Made by a program: the position numbers and the translations under genes. The notes under the pieces are model-generated. The model saw only the letters and a list, made by a program, of their open reading frames with translations, did not search any database and was not told the DNA's origin. A stretch of DNA of 63,999 nt, filler included, from Chlamydiia bacterium (GTDB lineage: Bacteria; Chlamydiota; Chlamydiia; Chlamydiales; FEN-1388): assembly GCA_903848235.1 (NCBI GenBank). It is 9 parts of 9 records of this genome, joined end to end, with 100 filler letters (N's around TTAATTAATTAA, not from the genome) between each part and the next. Parts side by side here need not be neighbours in the genome. Positions count along the whole stretch, not along the records: positions 28,749 to 50,043 come from CAINFV010000045.1; positions 50,144 to 54,259 come from CAINFV010000046.1; positions 54,360 to 58,803 come from CAINFV010000047.1; 6 more parts are not named here. The stretch is one strand, 5' to 3'. Numbering within the stretch: the stretch's first letter is position 1; each line of letters starts with the position of its first letter. Positions 49,360 to 57,561 of this stretch are shown in pieces.

Positions 49360-49711
49360 ATTGACGACGCGGAAACCCAAGCCTTTAGGTTTGGGAGGAA
49401 GCGTCGCTCCTTAGTTAAGTGTTAAAAATGGGAGGGTTTCCCATCCCAAAATGCCCGTAAGGGCCTGAATAACGTTCGCCTCGACCTTGTCTTCTGTGGG
49501 TTTTTGTAGATATCCTTCAGAAAGCCACCTCTCTTGCATGAACATCTACCGCAGAGTCCGGGACTGGCAACGCATCCCAGAGTGCCTATTTCGGCTAGGT
49601 TTCCCTTGCCATTCCACAAAAACGTCTCCTCGAATATCCAAGGGGTCTGGTCAACCGCCTTTGGAGATTTCTCCCATCAAGCCGCTCCCTTTAGGGAGGG
49701 ATGTGGTTGAC
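49357..49711 (-). mobile_element. Non-autonomous IS200/IS605 (IscB-type) element of about 355 bp with no protein gene
   Basis: Starts GTCAAC with CTCCC-TAAA-GGGAG hairpin; ends GCGACGCTTCCTCCCAAACC-TAAA-GGCTTGGGTTTCCGCGTCG; abuts ATGA. Confidence 0.85.
49470..49711 (-). ncRNA. HEARO / IscB omega-RNA scaffold
   Basis: GTCAAC/GTTGAC stem; GACCAG ... GGTCGAGG; ATAGGCAC-TCTGGGA-TGCGTTGCCAG-TCCCGGA-CTCTGCG; GTAGATGTTC/GGATATCTAC helix. Confidence 0.85.
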
Positions 49712-50143
49712 TTTCTAAATAACCTCCATTCGTGGAAAAAAGCTACGATACTCATACGAAATTCTTCACAAGGATTGCAAGGAAAATGGTAGAGGCTTTT
49801 GCAAAACTTGCAAAAGCCTCTTCGGGAAAACGAAGGAAGCGGTACTAGAGATTATAGACCCCAGGTCCCTCCAAGATAGAAATATGGTGCGCGATGGAGG
49901 TGAATATGATGGCGGTGATTGTTGTTTTTATCACCAATTGTTAGGTTCCCCCCAAGCGTTGAGCCGAGAGCAACCCAAAAATTCAAGCGCGCTGTTAGCA
50001 GATAATCCCAGCGAAACTCTGCACCAGTATTTTTATAGCAGGCNNNNNNNNNNNNNNNNNNNNNNNNNNNNNNNNNNNNNNNNNNNNTTAATTAATTAAN
50101 NNNNNNNNNNNNNNNNNNNNNNNNNNNNNNNNNNNNNNNNNNN

Positions 50144-50360
50144 TGTTGCATTGCGGGCAGGATATCTTCATGCGAGATTTGAGGTGTTCAATCGTGACTG
50201 TGCCGTGTTCGAGGTCTATGTCATCTACAGTAAGCGCCAAGACCTCTGAGATGCGGCAGCCGAGATGGAAGAGCGACACGATCAACAACCGGTCACGCAT
50301 GTTGGTTGCTGCCTTCGCCAATAAATCTGTGTCACTTACTTCTAGATAAGCTTTGGACAT
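50144..50360 (-). CDS. Tyrosine recombinase with a CxxC insertion (3' end cut)
   Basis: RDRLLIVSLFHLGCRISEVLAL ... CPQC. Confidence 0.8.
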
Positions 50361-50364
50361 AATT

Positions 50365-50823
50365 TCATATACCTTTATTATCAAGGAGTTCTAGGAGATC
50401 AAGCAGATTGACAGACATTTTGTTTCCAGCCTTACCTTGTGCACATTCACTATGGCCCCAACCATGCTCTTGCAAGTACTTAGCTGCCGCCTTCCTCACG
50501 TCTTCACTTTCTACAGCTATTGTCTCCTTACATCCAGCACATTTAAACTGAACCGAATAAATCGCTTTAGCTTTCATGTATCCCTCCTGGTAGCTCTTTT
50601 CCCGAATTTCCTTTTCTGATCGTTGTCTCACTTCCAGTTTCCCTGCCCCGATTCTTATGAGATATTTAATTGCATCCGATCGGCTTAGGCCCTCGTCTTT
50701 CTGAGTCGCTTGGATAATTTCCTCAAGATCATGATCGCTCCGAAAGACTCTGGGCGGATGTTTCCCGTCATATTCAATTTTCAAAGGGGTCTTCTTTTGT
50801 TTTTTAACTTTTGACATATGCAT
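50365..50823 (-). CDS. Hypothetical protein with an RHH-like region and a CxxC...HxxC zinc finger
   Basis: GLSRSDAIKYLI; CAGC ... WGHSEC. Confidence 0.7.
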   Translation of the reverse strand: MHMSKVKKQKKTPLKIEYDGKHPPRVFRSDHDLEEIIQATQKDEGLSRSDAIKYLIRIGAGKLEVRQRSEKEIREKSYQEGYMKAKAIYSVQFKCAGCKETIAVESEDVRKAAAKYLQEHGWGHSECAQGKAGNKMSVNLLDLLELLDNKGI

Positions 50824-50835
50824 CGCCCTCCTTTA

Positions 50836-51003
50836 TTATGCGGTCTTCCCGCTGTTTCTCTGTTCGTTCTGTAATTGTTTCTGAGCTCCCATCGCAGTTT
50901 TGTTCTGGGTATCGCGGGCATAGACGCGAGCTATAATTCGAGCAAGTATCCGAAGTCCTTCCTCGTTAGGCCCTACGTTCGTTTTTACCATTTCTTTTGT
51001 CAT
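50836..51003 (-). CDS. Small hypothetical protein (55 aa, below the ORF-track cutoff)
   Basis: TAAGGAGG RBS; MTKEMVKTNVGPNEEGLRILARIIARVY... Confidence 0.6.
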   Translation of the reverse strand: MTKEMVKTNVGPNEEGLRILARIIARVYARDTQNKTAMGAQKQLQNEQRNSGKTA

Positions 51004-51041
51004 TTGCATCCTCCTTAGCTAGTTTTGGTAGTCTCCCCATT

Positions 51042-52103
51042 CTAAGAGACAGATCGTTTTCGATTGATGCACTGCTCCTTCTTACTTGAGTGAGGCATTT
51101 TTAGATTAAGGTTATCGGCGGGGGAGAACTTCTGGTGAGCAGTCTTAATATCAGATTCCGCCAACGCCACGTACCCCCGCAGAACCTCAAGACTTGAGTG
51201 TCCTGTCATCTGTTGTAGGTTGAAAAGATTGGCGCCGTTTCGCAGAAATTGAATACAGAAGGTATGTCGGAAGGTGTGTGGTGAGCACCGCACTCCTTGT
51301 AATCCAGCCTTTTTACCTAGATCCTTAATAATCGTTTCCACCCTGTTTTTTGTGAGCGGCCAGCCCTCTTGAGTCAGGAAAAAATTGTCAATTAACCCCG
51401 TTGCCGGTTGCGGCCGACGCAGTTGATATTTCCAGAGTGTTGCCAATAACCTTTTCCCTATCGGGACTCGTCTCTCTTTAGACCCTTTCCCGAAGACCTT
51501 GAGCGTTTTATTTCTGAGATCGACATCATCCTTTTTTAAGCCGGTCAACTCGCCTAATCTAATTCCTGTGTCCAGGAGTGTCAAAACTATTGCATAAGCC
51601 CTGAGTCCGGCAATATCGGAGGTGTCTAGGGCTTGAAGCAAGCTTTGAATTTGTTCCCCGGTAAATGGGGTTATGACCTTCCTAGGCGCTTTGGGTATCT
51701 TTGTTTTAGCGAACGGGTTGCTGTCTATGAATCCTTCTCTTGCTAGCCAACTCCAGAAGGCACTGATACTGCGCAGATAGCAGTTGATGGTATGCCCGGT
51801 GAGTTTTCTATCGTGATTTTTAATGAGCGGGTGAAATTCGAAGCGCTGGACTTCCTTTAAATGTAGAATGAAACTTCGAATCTCACTTACGCCGATTGAT
51901 TCCACATTGGTGGGCAGTCCAGAGCGCGTCAGATAATTATTGAAATAGCTTACAGCTCTGCTGGTAAGCAGGATTGTGTTTTCGCTGATTCCCTCGCTGC
52001 GAGCGCATAGTCTGTAGCCCTCGATCAGCTTGCTCAACTCTGTGGAGGCTGGCCTATCAAGGGTTTGCTCAAGGAATTCATCTATCTTACGATCTAACGT
52101 CAT
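51042..52103 (-). CDS. Tyrosine recombinase/integrase
   Basis: TGIR, GKGSKER, HTFRH, GHSS, Y: complete catalytic set. Confidence 0.93.
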   Translation of the reverse strand: MTLDRKIDEFLEQTLDRPASTELSKLIEGYRLCARSEGISENTILLTSRAVSYFNNYLTRSGLPTNVESIGVSEIRSFILHLKEVQRFEFHPLIKNHDRKLTGHTINCYLRSISAFWSWLAREGFIDSNPFAKTKIPKAPRKVITPFTGEQIQSLLQALDTSDIAGLRAYAIVLTLLDTGIRLGELTGLKKDDVDLRNKTLKVFGKGSKERRVPIGKRLLATLWKYQLRRPQPATGLIDNFFLTQEGWPLTKNRVETIIKDLGKKAGLQGVRCSPHTFRHTFCIQFLRNGANLFNLQQMTGHSSLEVLRGYVALAESDIKTAHQKFSPADNLNLKMPHSSKKEQCINRKRSVS

Positions 52104-52200
52104 TAGCCTTACCCTTTACAGTTGAACATCTTATACCTCCATGCTAGGATTACATAAGTTAAGGCATTTTAGGGCTTCTAAGGCGTGTAAACGAAGTAGT

Positions 52201-53100
52201 ATGAGTAAAGAGTTTTACAGTGTAAAAGAGTTTGCCAAAATCCTTGGCATGTCGACTGACCGAATATACGAATATTTGAGGGCTGATTACCTGCATGGAA
52301 GTCGGGCGACAAAACGGAGTGCGTGGCGAATCCCCGACGCTGAGCTTCAACGGTTTAAGGGGACAAGCTTGGTAAAATCCGGCGCTCAGACAGAGAACAA
52401 GTCTGCCTCATGGTCCGAGTATCTTGAATTGGCAATTCAGCTCCAAAATAGCCTGTCTGGCATTGGGTTCAAGGACTGGTCCATCTGGGGGCTTCCCGAT
52501 ACCGGCAAACCTCCGCAGACTTCCGAGGCAGGGCTAAGGCTCTGGATAGATCGGGGCGAACTGGCAGTGAATCTGTCTGTAGAATCGGATAAGCGATTTC
52601 CGCTATTTATCACCAGGCTGAAAGCCTCCTTTACGGAGTTTGAGTCCTATGACCGGTGGCGGAAATCGCTTATCAGCCTTGTTCGTATGTGTTGGGATAT
52701 GGCACATGAAATCAAGAGCAAGGCTGAGGCTGAAACGGGTTTGTTCTTGAGCCCTTACCCTCCAATAGGGAAGGGACATCTGATCAACGTGCCCAAGTAT
52801 ATTTACGAATTTGCCCTCGACAAGTACGCTTGCAAAGGGCAACCGGTACTGGAAATTCTCGAAAACGACCCCAAGCACTGCTGGGTTGTGCCTGGAGGCC
52901 TTCCTAACTATGCTCTCGCGATGGGGTCCAAGGATGAGATGGAGAAGTGCAGGGAAGCTACGATCTCTCTAGCTGTCCAATACGCCAAAGATGAGCGCAT
53001 GGGCAAAATAGTTGCCAAGGCGCGGCAGGTGAAGGATCAGACAGCTCCGTTTCAATCGGCGCTATCTGCAGTCATTGAAAAAGCCACTGGCGGCAGCTAA
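52201..53100 (+). CDS. Protein with an N-terminal excisionase-like HTH and unknown C-terminal region
   Basis: YSVKEFAKILGMSTDRIYEYLR...WRIP. Confidence 0.75.
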   Translation: MSKEFYSVKEFAKILGMSTDRIYEYLRADYLHGSRATKRSAWRIPDAELQRFKGTSLVKSGAQTENKSASWSEYLELAIQLQNSLSGIGFKDWSIWGLPDTGKPPQTSEAGLRLWIDRGELAVNLSVESDKRFPLFITRLKASFTEFESYDRWRKSLISLVRMCWDMAHEIKSKAEAETGLFLSPYPPIGKGHLINVPKYIYEFALDKYACKGQPVLEILENDPKHCWVVPGGLPNYALAMGSKDEMEKCREATISLAVQYAKDERMGKIVAKARQVKDQTAPFQSALSAVIEKATGGS

Positions 53101-53112
53101 GCATTTCATTTA

Positions 53113-54135
53113 TTAATGTTCTTTGACCTTCTTGCCTTTGGCGTTACGGGCTACAGCTAGCTTCATTCCCATCGCGAGATTATCTACGGGGCTGGCTATA
53201 GCATGGGCCTTCTTAATATCCACATTGGCCAACTCGCAATAGCGTCTGGTCATCTCAAGTGATGAGTGCCCCAGTATCTTCTGCAGGCTGAAAACATCGC
53301 CGTCGTTTCTAAGAAAGTTGATGGCAAAGGTATGTCTCAGGGTGTGAGGGGAGCATCTGACGCCGGTAAGCCCGGCCATCAGGCCGTAGCGTTTCATTAT
53401 ACTATCTACACGGTTCTTGGTTAGCGGCCTCCCGTCCTGGGTTAAGAACATGTTGTCGAGCTTGGGCAGTGCCGGTTCGGGGCGATATTGATTGATGTAG
53501 CGCCACAGCAGTTTACGGATCTGTTTACCGATGGGCACCAGTCTTTCCTTATTGCCCTTGCCCAGCACCTTGACCAGCCCATCCTCAAGCCAGACGTTTC
53601 CCATTTTTAAATTTATCAGTTCGTTCACGCGGAGGCCGGTATCCAGTAAGGTGAGGACGATGACCGCGCCTCTATAGCCTTCGGCAGAGCCGTTCATGAC
53701 ACTTAGCAGCGACTCGATCTGATATGGGGAAAAGGCGGCGATGATCTTCTTAGGCGGCTTCGGGATTTTGAGCTTGGAGAAGGGATTTACCTCGATGATC
53801 TCCTCCTCAACGAGCCAGGACCAGAAGGCCCGGATGGACCTCATGTAGGTGTTGACGGTGTGTCCGGAAAGCCCCCTCTGCTGCGGCTTGCTGTAGGGGT
53901 GATCGCTGAAGCATCTCTTCTGTTGCAGGTAGAGGATGAATTCCCTCAACTCCCCTGTGCCTATCCCAGTAACGTCGGTGCTCAAGTCATTGCTCTTGAG
54001 AAAATCGTAGAGGTATCTGATGCTGCTGGTGACGATTGCCGTGGAGTTGGGGCTTTTCCCTTCGGTTGCGGCGCACAGCTGATAGCCATGCAGCAGGCTG
54101 CCTATTTCGGTGCCGGAATTTGACGAAGCAAGCAC
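53113..54135 (-). CDS. Tyrosine recombinase/integrase (paralogue of 51042-52103)
   Basis: TGLR, GKGNKER, HTLRH, LGHSS, TRRY. Confidence 0.93.
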   Translation of the reverse strand: MLASSNSGTEIGSLLHGYQLCAATEGKSPNSTAIVTSSIRYLYDFLKSNDLSTDVTGIGTGELREFILYLQQKRCFSDHPYSKPQQRGLSGHTVNTYMRSIRAFWSWLVEEEIIEVNPFSKLKIPKPPKKIIAAFSPYQIESLLSVMNGSAEGYRGAVIVLTLLDTGLRVNELINLKMGNVWLEDGLVKVLGKGNKERLVPIGKQIRKLLWRYINQYRPEPALPKLDNMFLTQDGRPLTKNRVDSIMKRYGLMAGLTGVRCSPHTLRHTFAINFLRNDGDVFSLQKILGHSSLEMTRRYCELANVDIKKAHAIASPVDNLAMGMKLAVARNAKGKKVKEH

Positions 54136-54183
54136 CCTCCCTTTACAGATACGATTTTGCGGGCTAGAATAGATACGAATTTC

Positions 54184-54258
54184 GCGGGTGTAACTCAGCG
54201 GTAGAGTGCTTGCTTCCCAAGCAAGGAGTCGTGGGTTCGAATCCCATCACCCGCTCCA
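54184..54258 (+). tRNA. tRNA-Gly(CCC)
   Basis: GCGGGTG acceptor stem; CTTGC-TTCCCAA-GCAAG anticodon arm; GGTTCGAATCC T-arm; encoded CCA. Confidence 0.96.
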
Positions 54259-54359
54259 ANNNNNNNNNNNNNNNNNNNNNNNNNNNNNNNNNNNNNNNNN
54301 NNNTTAATTAATTAANNNNNNNNNNNNNNNNNNNNNNNNNNNNNNNNNNNNNNNNNNNN

Positions 54360-54502
54360 ATACCAGCTCATTGAAAAGGTAATCAAAGGAGTTCAATTCA
54401 AAAATGGAGAGGAGGTGAAGGAGCAAGAGGAAGTAGCGTAAATTTATTTTGGATTGAGGATGCGCTCATGATTTCCGAACACAACTTTTGACAATATCTC
54501 TC
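54360..54502 (+). mobile_element. Right end of an IS256-family element
   Basis: C-terminal ...KVIKGVQFKNGEEV..EVA* followed by ACACAACTTTTGACAATATCTC. Confidence 0.65.
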
Positions 54503-54749
54503 TGGAGGAAGCTCAAGAGGTATGGGATACGATCCCTTATCGAGACGTGTTTTTCTCGATTCAAGAGGATCTTTGGCGATCGGGCCTACTCTAAGGGAGA
54601 TATTGGGTTCAAGATTGAGGTTGCTGTCAAAACAATGATTTTGAATCAATTCGCCAGACTAGGACTGCCTTTTAGTCAGCCGGTCTAAAAAACAAAACCA
54701 GGTCTTCCTAGACCAGCACATTTTATGGGACAGGTTGCGCTACAGAGCC
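54503..54749 (+). pseudogene. 3' remnant of an IS5 (IS903-group) transposase and its right end
   Basis: W...YGIRSLIETCFSRFKRIFG...ILN...LGLP.S; ends ...TACAGAGCC. Confidence 0.7.
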
Positions 54750-54890
54750 TCTTGGGCGCATACCTTCGTTCGACCGCGCTCTGCACGCGGCGCCTCGATT
54801 ATAAAGTTGGGCTAGAGATTAATTCTCTCTAAGAGTTGGGGGACGGGGCGTCTACCGTTTCAAGGTCTTATAGGCGCCAAGAAGCCAAGA

Positions 54891-57416
54891 TCACCGCGTC
54901 AAAAGCGACTCGTCATAGATGAAAAGCCTTTGCACGCGAGGCCCCAGGCATGTCATCAGCTCATGGACGATAGAGCCCCCAGATGCAGCGAGCTTTTCTG
55001 GGGGAAGGTACGCTCCGAGCTCATCTTCTCCAAACAGCAGAACCTGATCGCCGACAGAGGCTTCAGGAATATTCGTGACGTCGACCATCATATAATCCAT
55101 GCAAATCCTGCCAACCATTGGCGCTTCTTTCCCACGGATGAGGACGGTTCCCTTCCCGCTGTAGGATCTGTGAAGGCCGTCATAATACCCTATTGGCAGA
55201 ACCGCAAGGCGTGCCTTGAGATGCTTGATTACATGGGTTCGTCCGTAGCTGACAGATTCACCCGCTATACAATCATTAAACCCTACAATTCGAGAGATGA
55301 GAGAGAGCGCAGGGCGAAGCTCAAGGAGAGAAAGGCTGGCTTCAGAGGTGTGAAAGCCATAGGTGGCAAGGCCAATTCTGACCATGTTGAACTGGTCGAA
55401 GGAAAAGCGAATGGCGGCGGCAGAGTTGCAGGCGTGGCAGTAGGTAGGGCTGATGCCATGGCTTTCGAGGGAGGCGATGGTGGAGGAGAGGATATGAGCC
55501 TGCTCGATGGTAAAGGTGTCTTGTGACGGATCGTCAGCAACACTGAAATGGGTGAAGATGCCTTCGAGTTTTAAGTGTGGCGACTGATCGATGGCGAGGG
55601 CCAGCGGCAGCGCCTCTTCAGGGGTACACCCAAAGCGCTTCATGCCAGTATCGACGTGAAGGTGGGCCTTGAGGATGACATTGCACTCTTTGGCAGCTTC
55701 TATGGCAGCAGCGATCTGTTGGAAGGAACTGACGCCAACTTCGACATTCCATCGAGCTGCCTTTTTCATCTCTTTTTCCGAGGCATGAATGGAGAAGATC
55801 GATTGACGGACCCCCATCTTTCGCATGCAGACACCTTCGTCGACATACGAGACGCCAAGGATGTCGACGCCGCAGGTCTGTAGGAAGTGAGAGATGCGTA
55901 TGTCATCCGTCCCATAGGCAAGAGCCTTTACCATGATCATGATCCGGGTGTTCTCTTTGAGCTTTGACCGTAGAAGCTCGATGTTGGATCGTATGGCAGC
56001 GAGGTTGATACAAGCGACGGTGTTAGGAGGGCTTTCTTCGATCTGTTCTATGAGCCATTCAAAAGGGATCTTATGGGGGCCTTTGAAGATGAGAACGTCG
56101 GATGGAGAAATGGTGGTTTTTACTGCCGCTAATGCTTCTTCAAGCGTGTCGAAAGAGTGAATGGGAATCAGTCCTCTGGATGCCTTTTGGAGGCTATCAC
56201 CGACAGCGGTAGGCCAGGCATAGACATCGTTGATACGGTGGTTTTTGATCGATTCGATGAGGCGCTTTGCCGATGAGAGGTGATGGTTGTCATCGCGAAG
56301 GCCTCCAAAGATGAGGATTGACTTTCCGGTTTTTGACGCAGCGGAGGATTGTGTGTAGGAGGTGAGGTCATCTAAAGAGGCGTCAAAGGATAGCGGCGTG
56401 TGGCAGTAGGTTCCGTTGACAAAACTCGTCCCGCTTTTATTTCTCCAAATCTCAGTGCGCATTGTCTCGGGCTGATATGTCTGAAGAGCTTTGATCAGTG
56501 TGGCATTGGGAAGTTTGAGCTTCCACGAGGCCTTCAGTGCAAGAGAGAGGAGCTCGACAAAATATGAGTGGTTTCCCTTGATGGTGAAGACCGCTTCCGA
56601 GCAATCTGGAAACTGGCATCCTACTTTGAGGCGCTCAGCGCCGCAAATGCCAATAGCATGTACTGTCGGCAGCTCTTTAGATTCTTCATTCCAGAAGAAT
56701 ACGGGGCAGGGCAGAAGTGAGAAATCTAGGCGACTGTCGTGCTCTACGATGGCAAACCCTGATTGGGGAATGGCGTTGAGGAGCGCCATGATTTGTTCAG
56801 CAGTTGTCTGCTTTATCGCCACGGTGCCGAGACGTTTTCTGTAGAAGTTTGTGACAAGAGCTATTTCTGGTTGTGCCATGCGCACGAGGCGCTCCATCTC
56901 TCCATCTTGCGTTGCTGCCATCTCTATAAAAGCAATCGACGCGTCCTTCGGAATGTTGAGAATGCTCAAGGCAACGCCAAGCTGGCTGTTGAAGCTCTCT
57001 GGACTTGTATAGACATGGGAGTCGCTGAACAGATGGCCCATCAGGTCTTTGAGCATTGTTTTGCCGCAGCTTCCTGCAACGGCGACGACTTTTAATGATG
57101 GAAGTGTGGCTCGATAGCATTGCGCCAGATCCTGGAGGGCTATAAGCGGGGAGTCAACCCGGATGAGCTTCTCCTCAGCTATGTCCGCTGGCGCGGCCCA
57201 CTCTCTTTCGACGAGCGCATAGAGCGCTCCTGATCGCAGGGCATCTGCTACAAAGCAATGGCCATCGCCATGGCGCCCACGAAGGGCGACGAACAGCGCA
57301 TGGTGCGTATGAATTGTTCTAGAGTCAATGCTCACATCGTCGATGTATAAGGGTGTTTTTCCCGTACGCCCTGCGAGCTTCCATTTGCGAATGTCGAAGT
57401 TATGCATACCACACAC
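54891..57416 (-). CDS. alr: MurF-like ligase / alanine racemase fusion
   Basis: IDSR, VAGSCGKT, SFNSQLGV (MurF part); MVKALAYG, HVDTGMKRFG, MVRIG, PIGYYDG, GRICMD (Alr part). Confidence 0.93.
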   Translation of the reverse strand: MCGMHNFDIRKWKLAGRTGKTPLYIDDVSIDSRTIHTHHALFVALRGRHGDGHCFVADALRSGALYALVEREWAAPADIAEEKLIRVDSPLIALQDLAQCYRATLPSLKVVAVAGSCGKTMLKDLMGHLFSDSHVYTSPESFNSQLGVALSILNIPKDASIAFIEMAATQDGEMERLVRMAQPEIALVTNFYRKRLGTVAIKQTTAEQIMALLNAIPQSGFAIVEHDSRLDFSLLPCPVFFWNEESKELPTVHAIGICGAERLKVGCQFPDCSEAVFTIKGNHSYFVELLSLALKASWKLKLPNATLIKALQTYQPETMRTEIWRNKSGTSFVNGTYCHTPLSFDASLDDLTSYTQSSAASKTGKSILIFGGLRDDNHHLSSAKRLIESIKNHRINDVYAWPTAVGDSLQKASRGLIPIHSFDTLEEALAAVKTTISPSDVLIFKGPHKIPFEWLIEQIEESPPNTVACINLAAIRSNIELLRSKLKENTRIMIMVKALAYGTDDIRISHFLQTCGVDILGVSYVDEGVCMRKMGVRQSIFSIHASEKEMKKAARWNVEVGVSSFQQIAAAIEAAKECNVILKAHLHVDTGMKRFGCTPEEALPLALAIDQSPHLKLEGIFTHFSVADDPSQDTFTIEQAHILSSTIASLESHGISPTYCHACNSAAAIRFSFDQFNMVRIGLATYGFHTSEASLSLLELRPALSLISRIVGFNDCIAGESVSYGRTHVIKHLKARLAVLPIGYYDGLHRSYSGKGTVLIRGKEAPMVGRICMDYMMVDVTNIPEASVGDQVLLFGEDELGAYLPPEKLAASGGSIVHELMTCLGPRVQRLFIYDESLLTR

Positions 57417-57472
57417 CTTTAGCTTGTAGAGCTCGGCATCCTACTTGATGTACTGTTTTTTTTCAGTCCCTT

Positions 57473-57557
57473 AGCTCGACTTTGCAAATTTTTGGACCCA
57501 TCTTCAGTGGGAAGCTTCTCACCGAAGATAGGTCCAAAAATTTGCCAAAGTCGAGCT
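57473..57557. repeat. 85-bp palindromic element of the CTCGACTTTGCAAA family
   Basis: AGCTCGACTTTGCAAATTTTTGGACCCATCTTC ... GAAGATAGGTCCAAAAATTTGCCAAAGTCGAGCT; partial copies near 170-212, 6150-6190 and 48655-48710. Confidence 0.85.
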
Positions 57558-57561
57558 TAGA

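Noticed and set aside
49360..49380. TTG start and MGFRVVN extension of the 48853 gene
   Set aside because: Lies inside the terminal hairpin of the omega-RNA element; the signal peptide starts at MMKR
49422..49792. ORFs 49422-49619 (-) and 49487-49792 (+) as IscB remnants
   Set aside because: No PLMP, RuvC or HNH motifs; chance frames over structured RNA
49884..50043. ORF at the contig end
   Set aside because: Short, truncated and unrecognisable; reading frame uncertain
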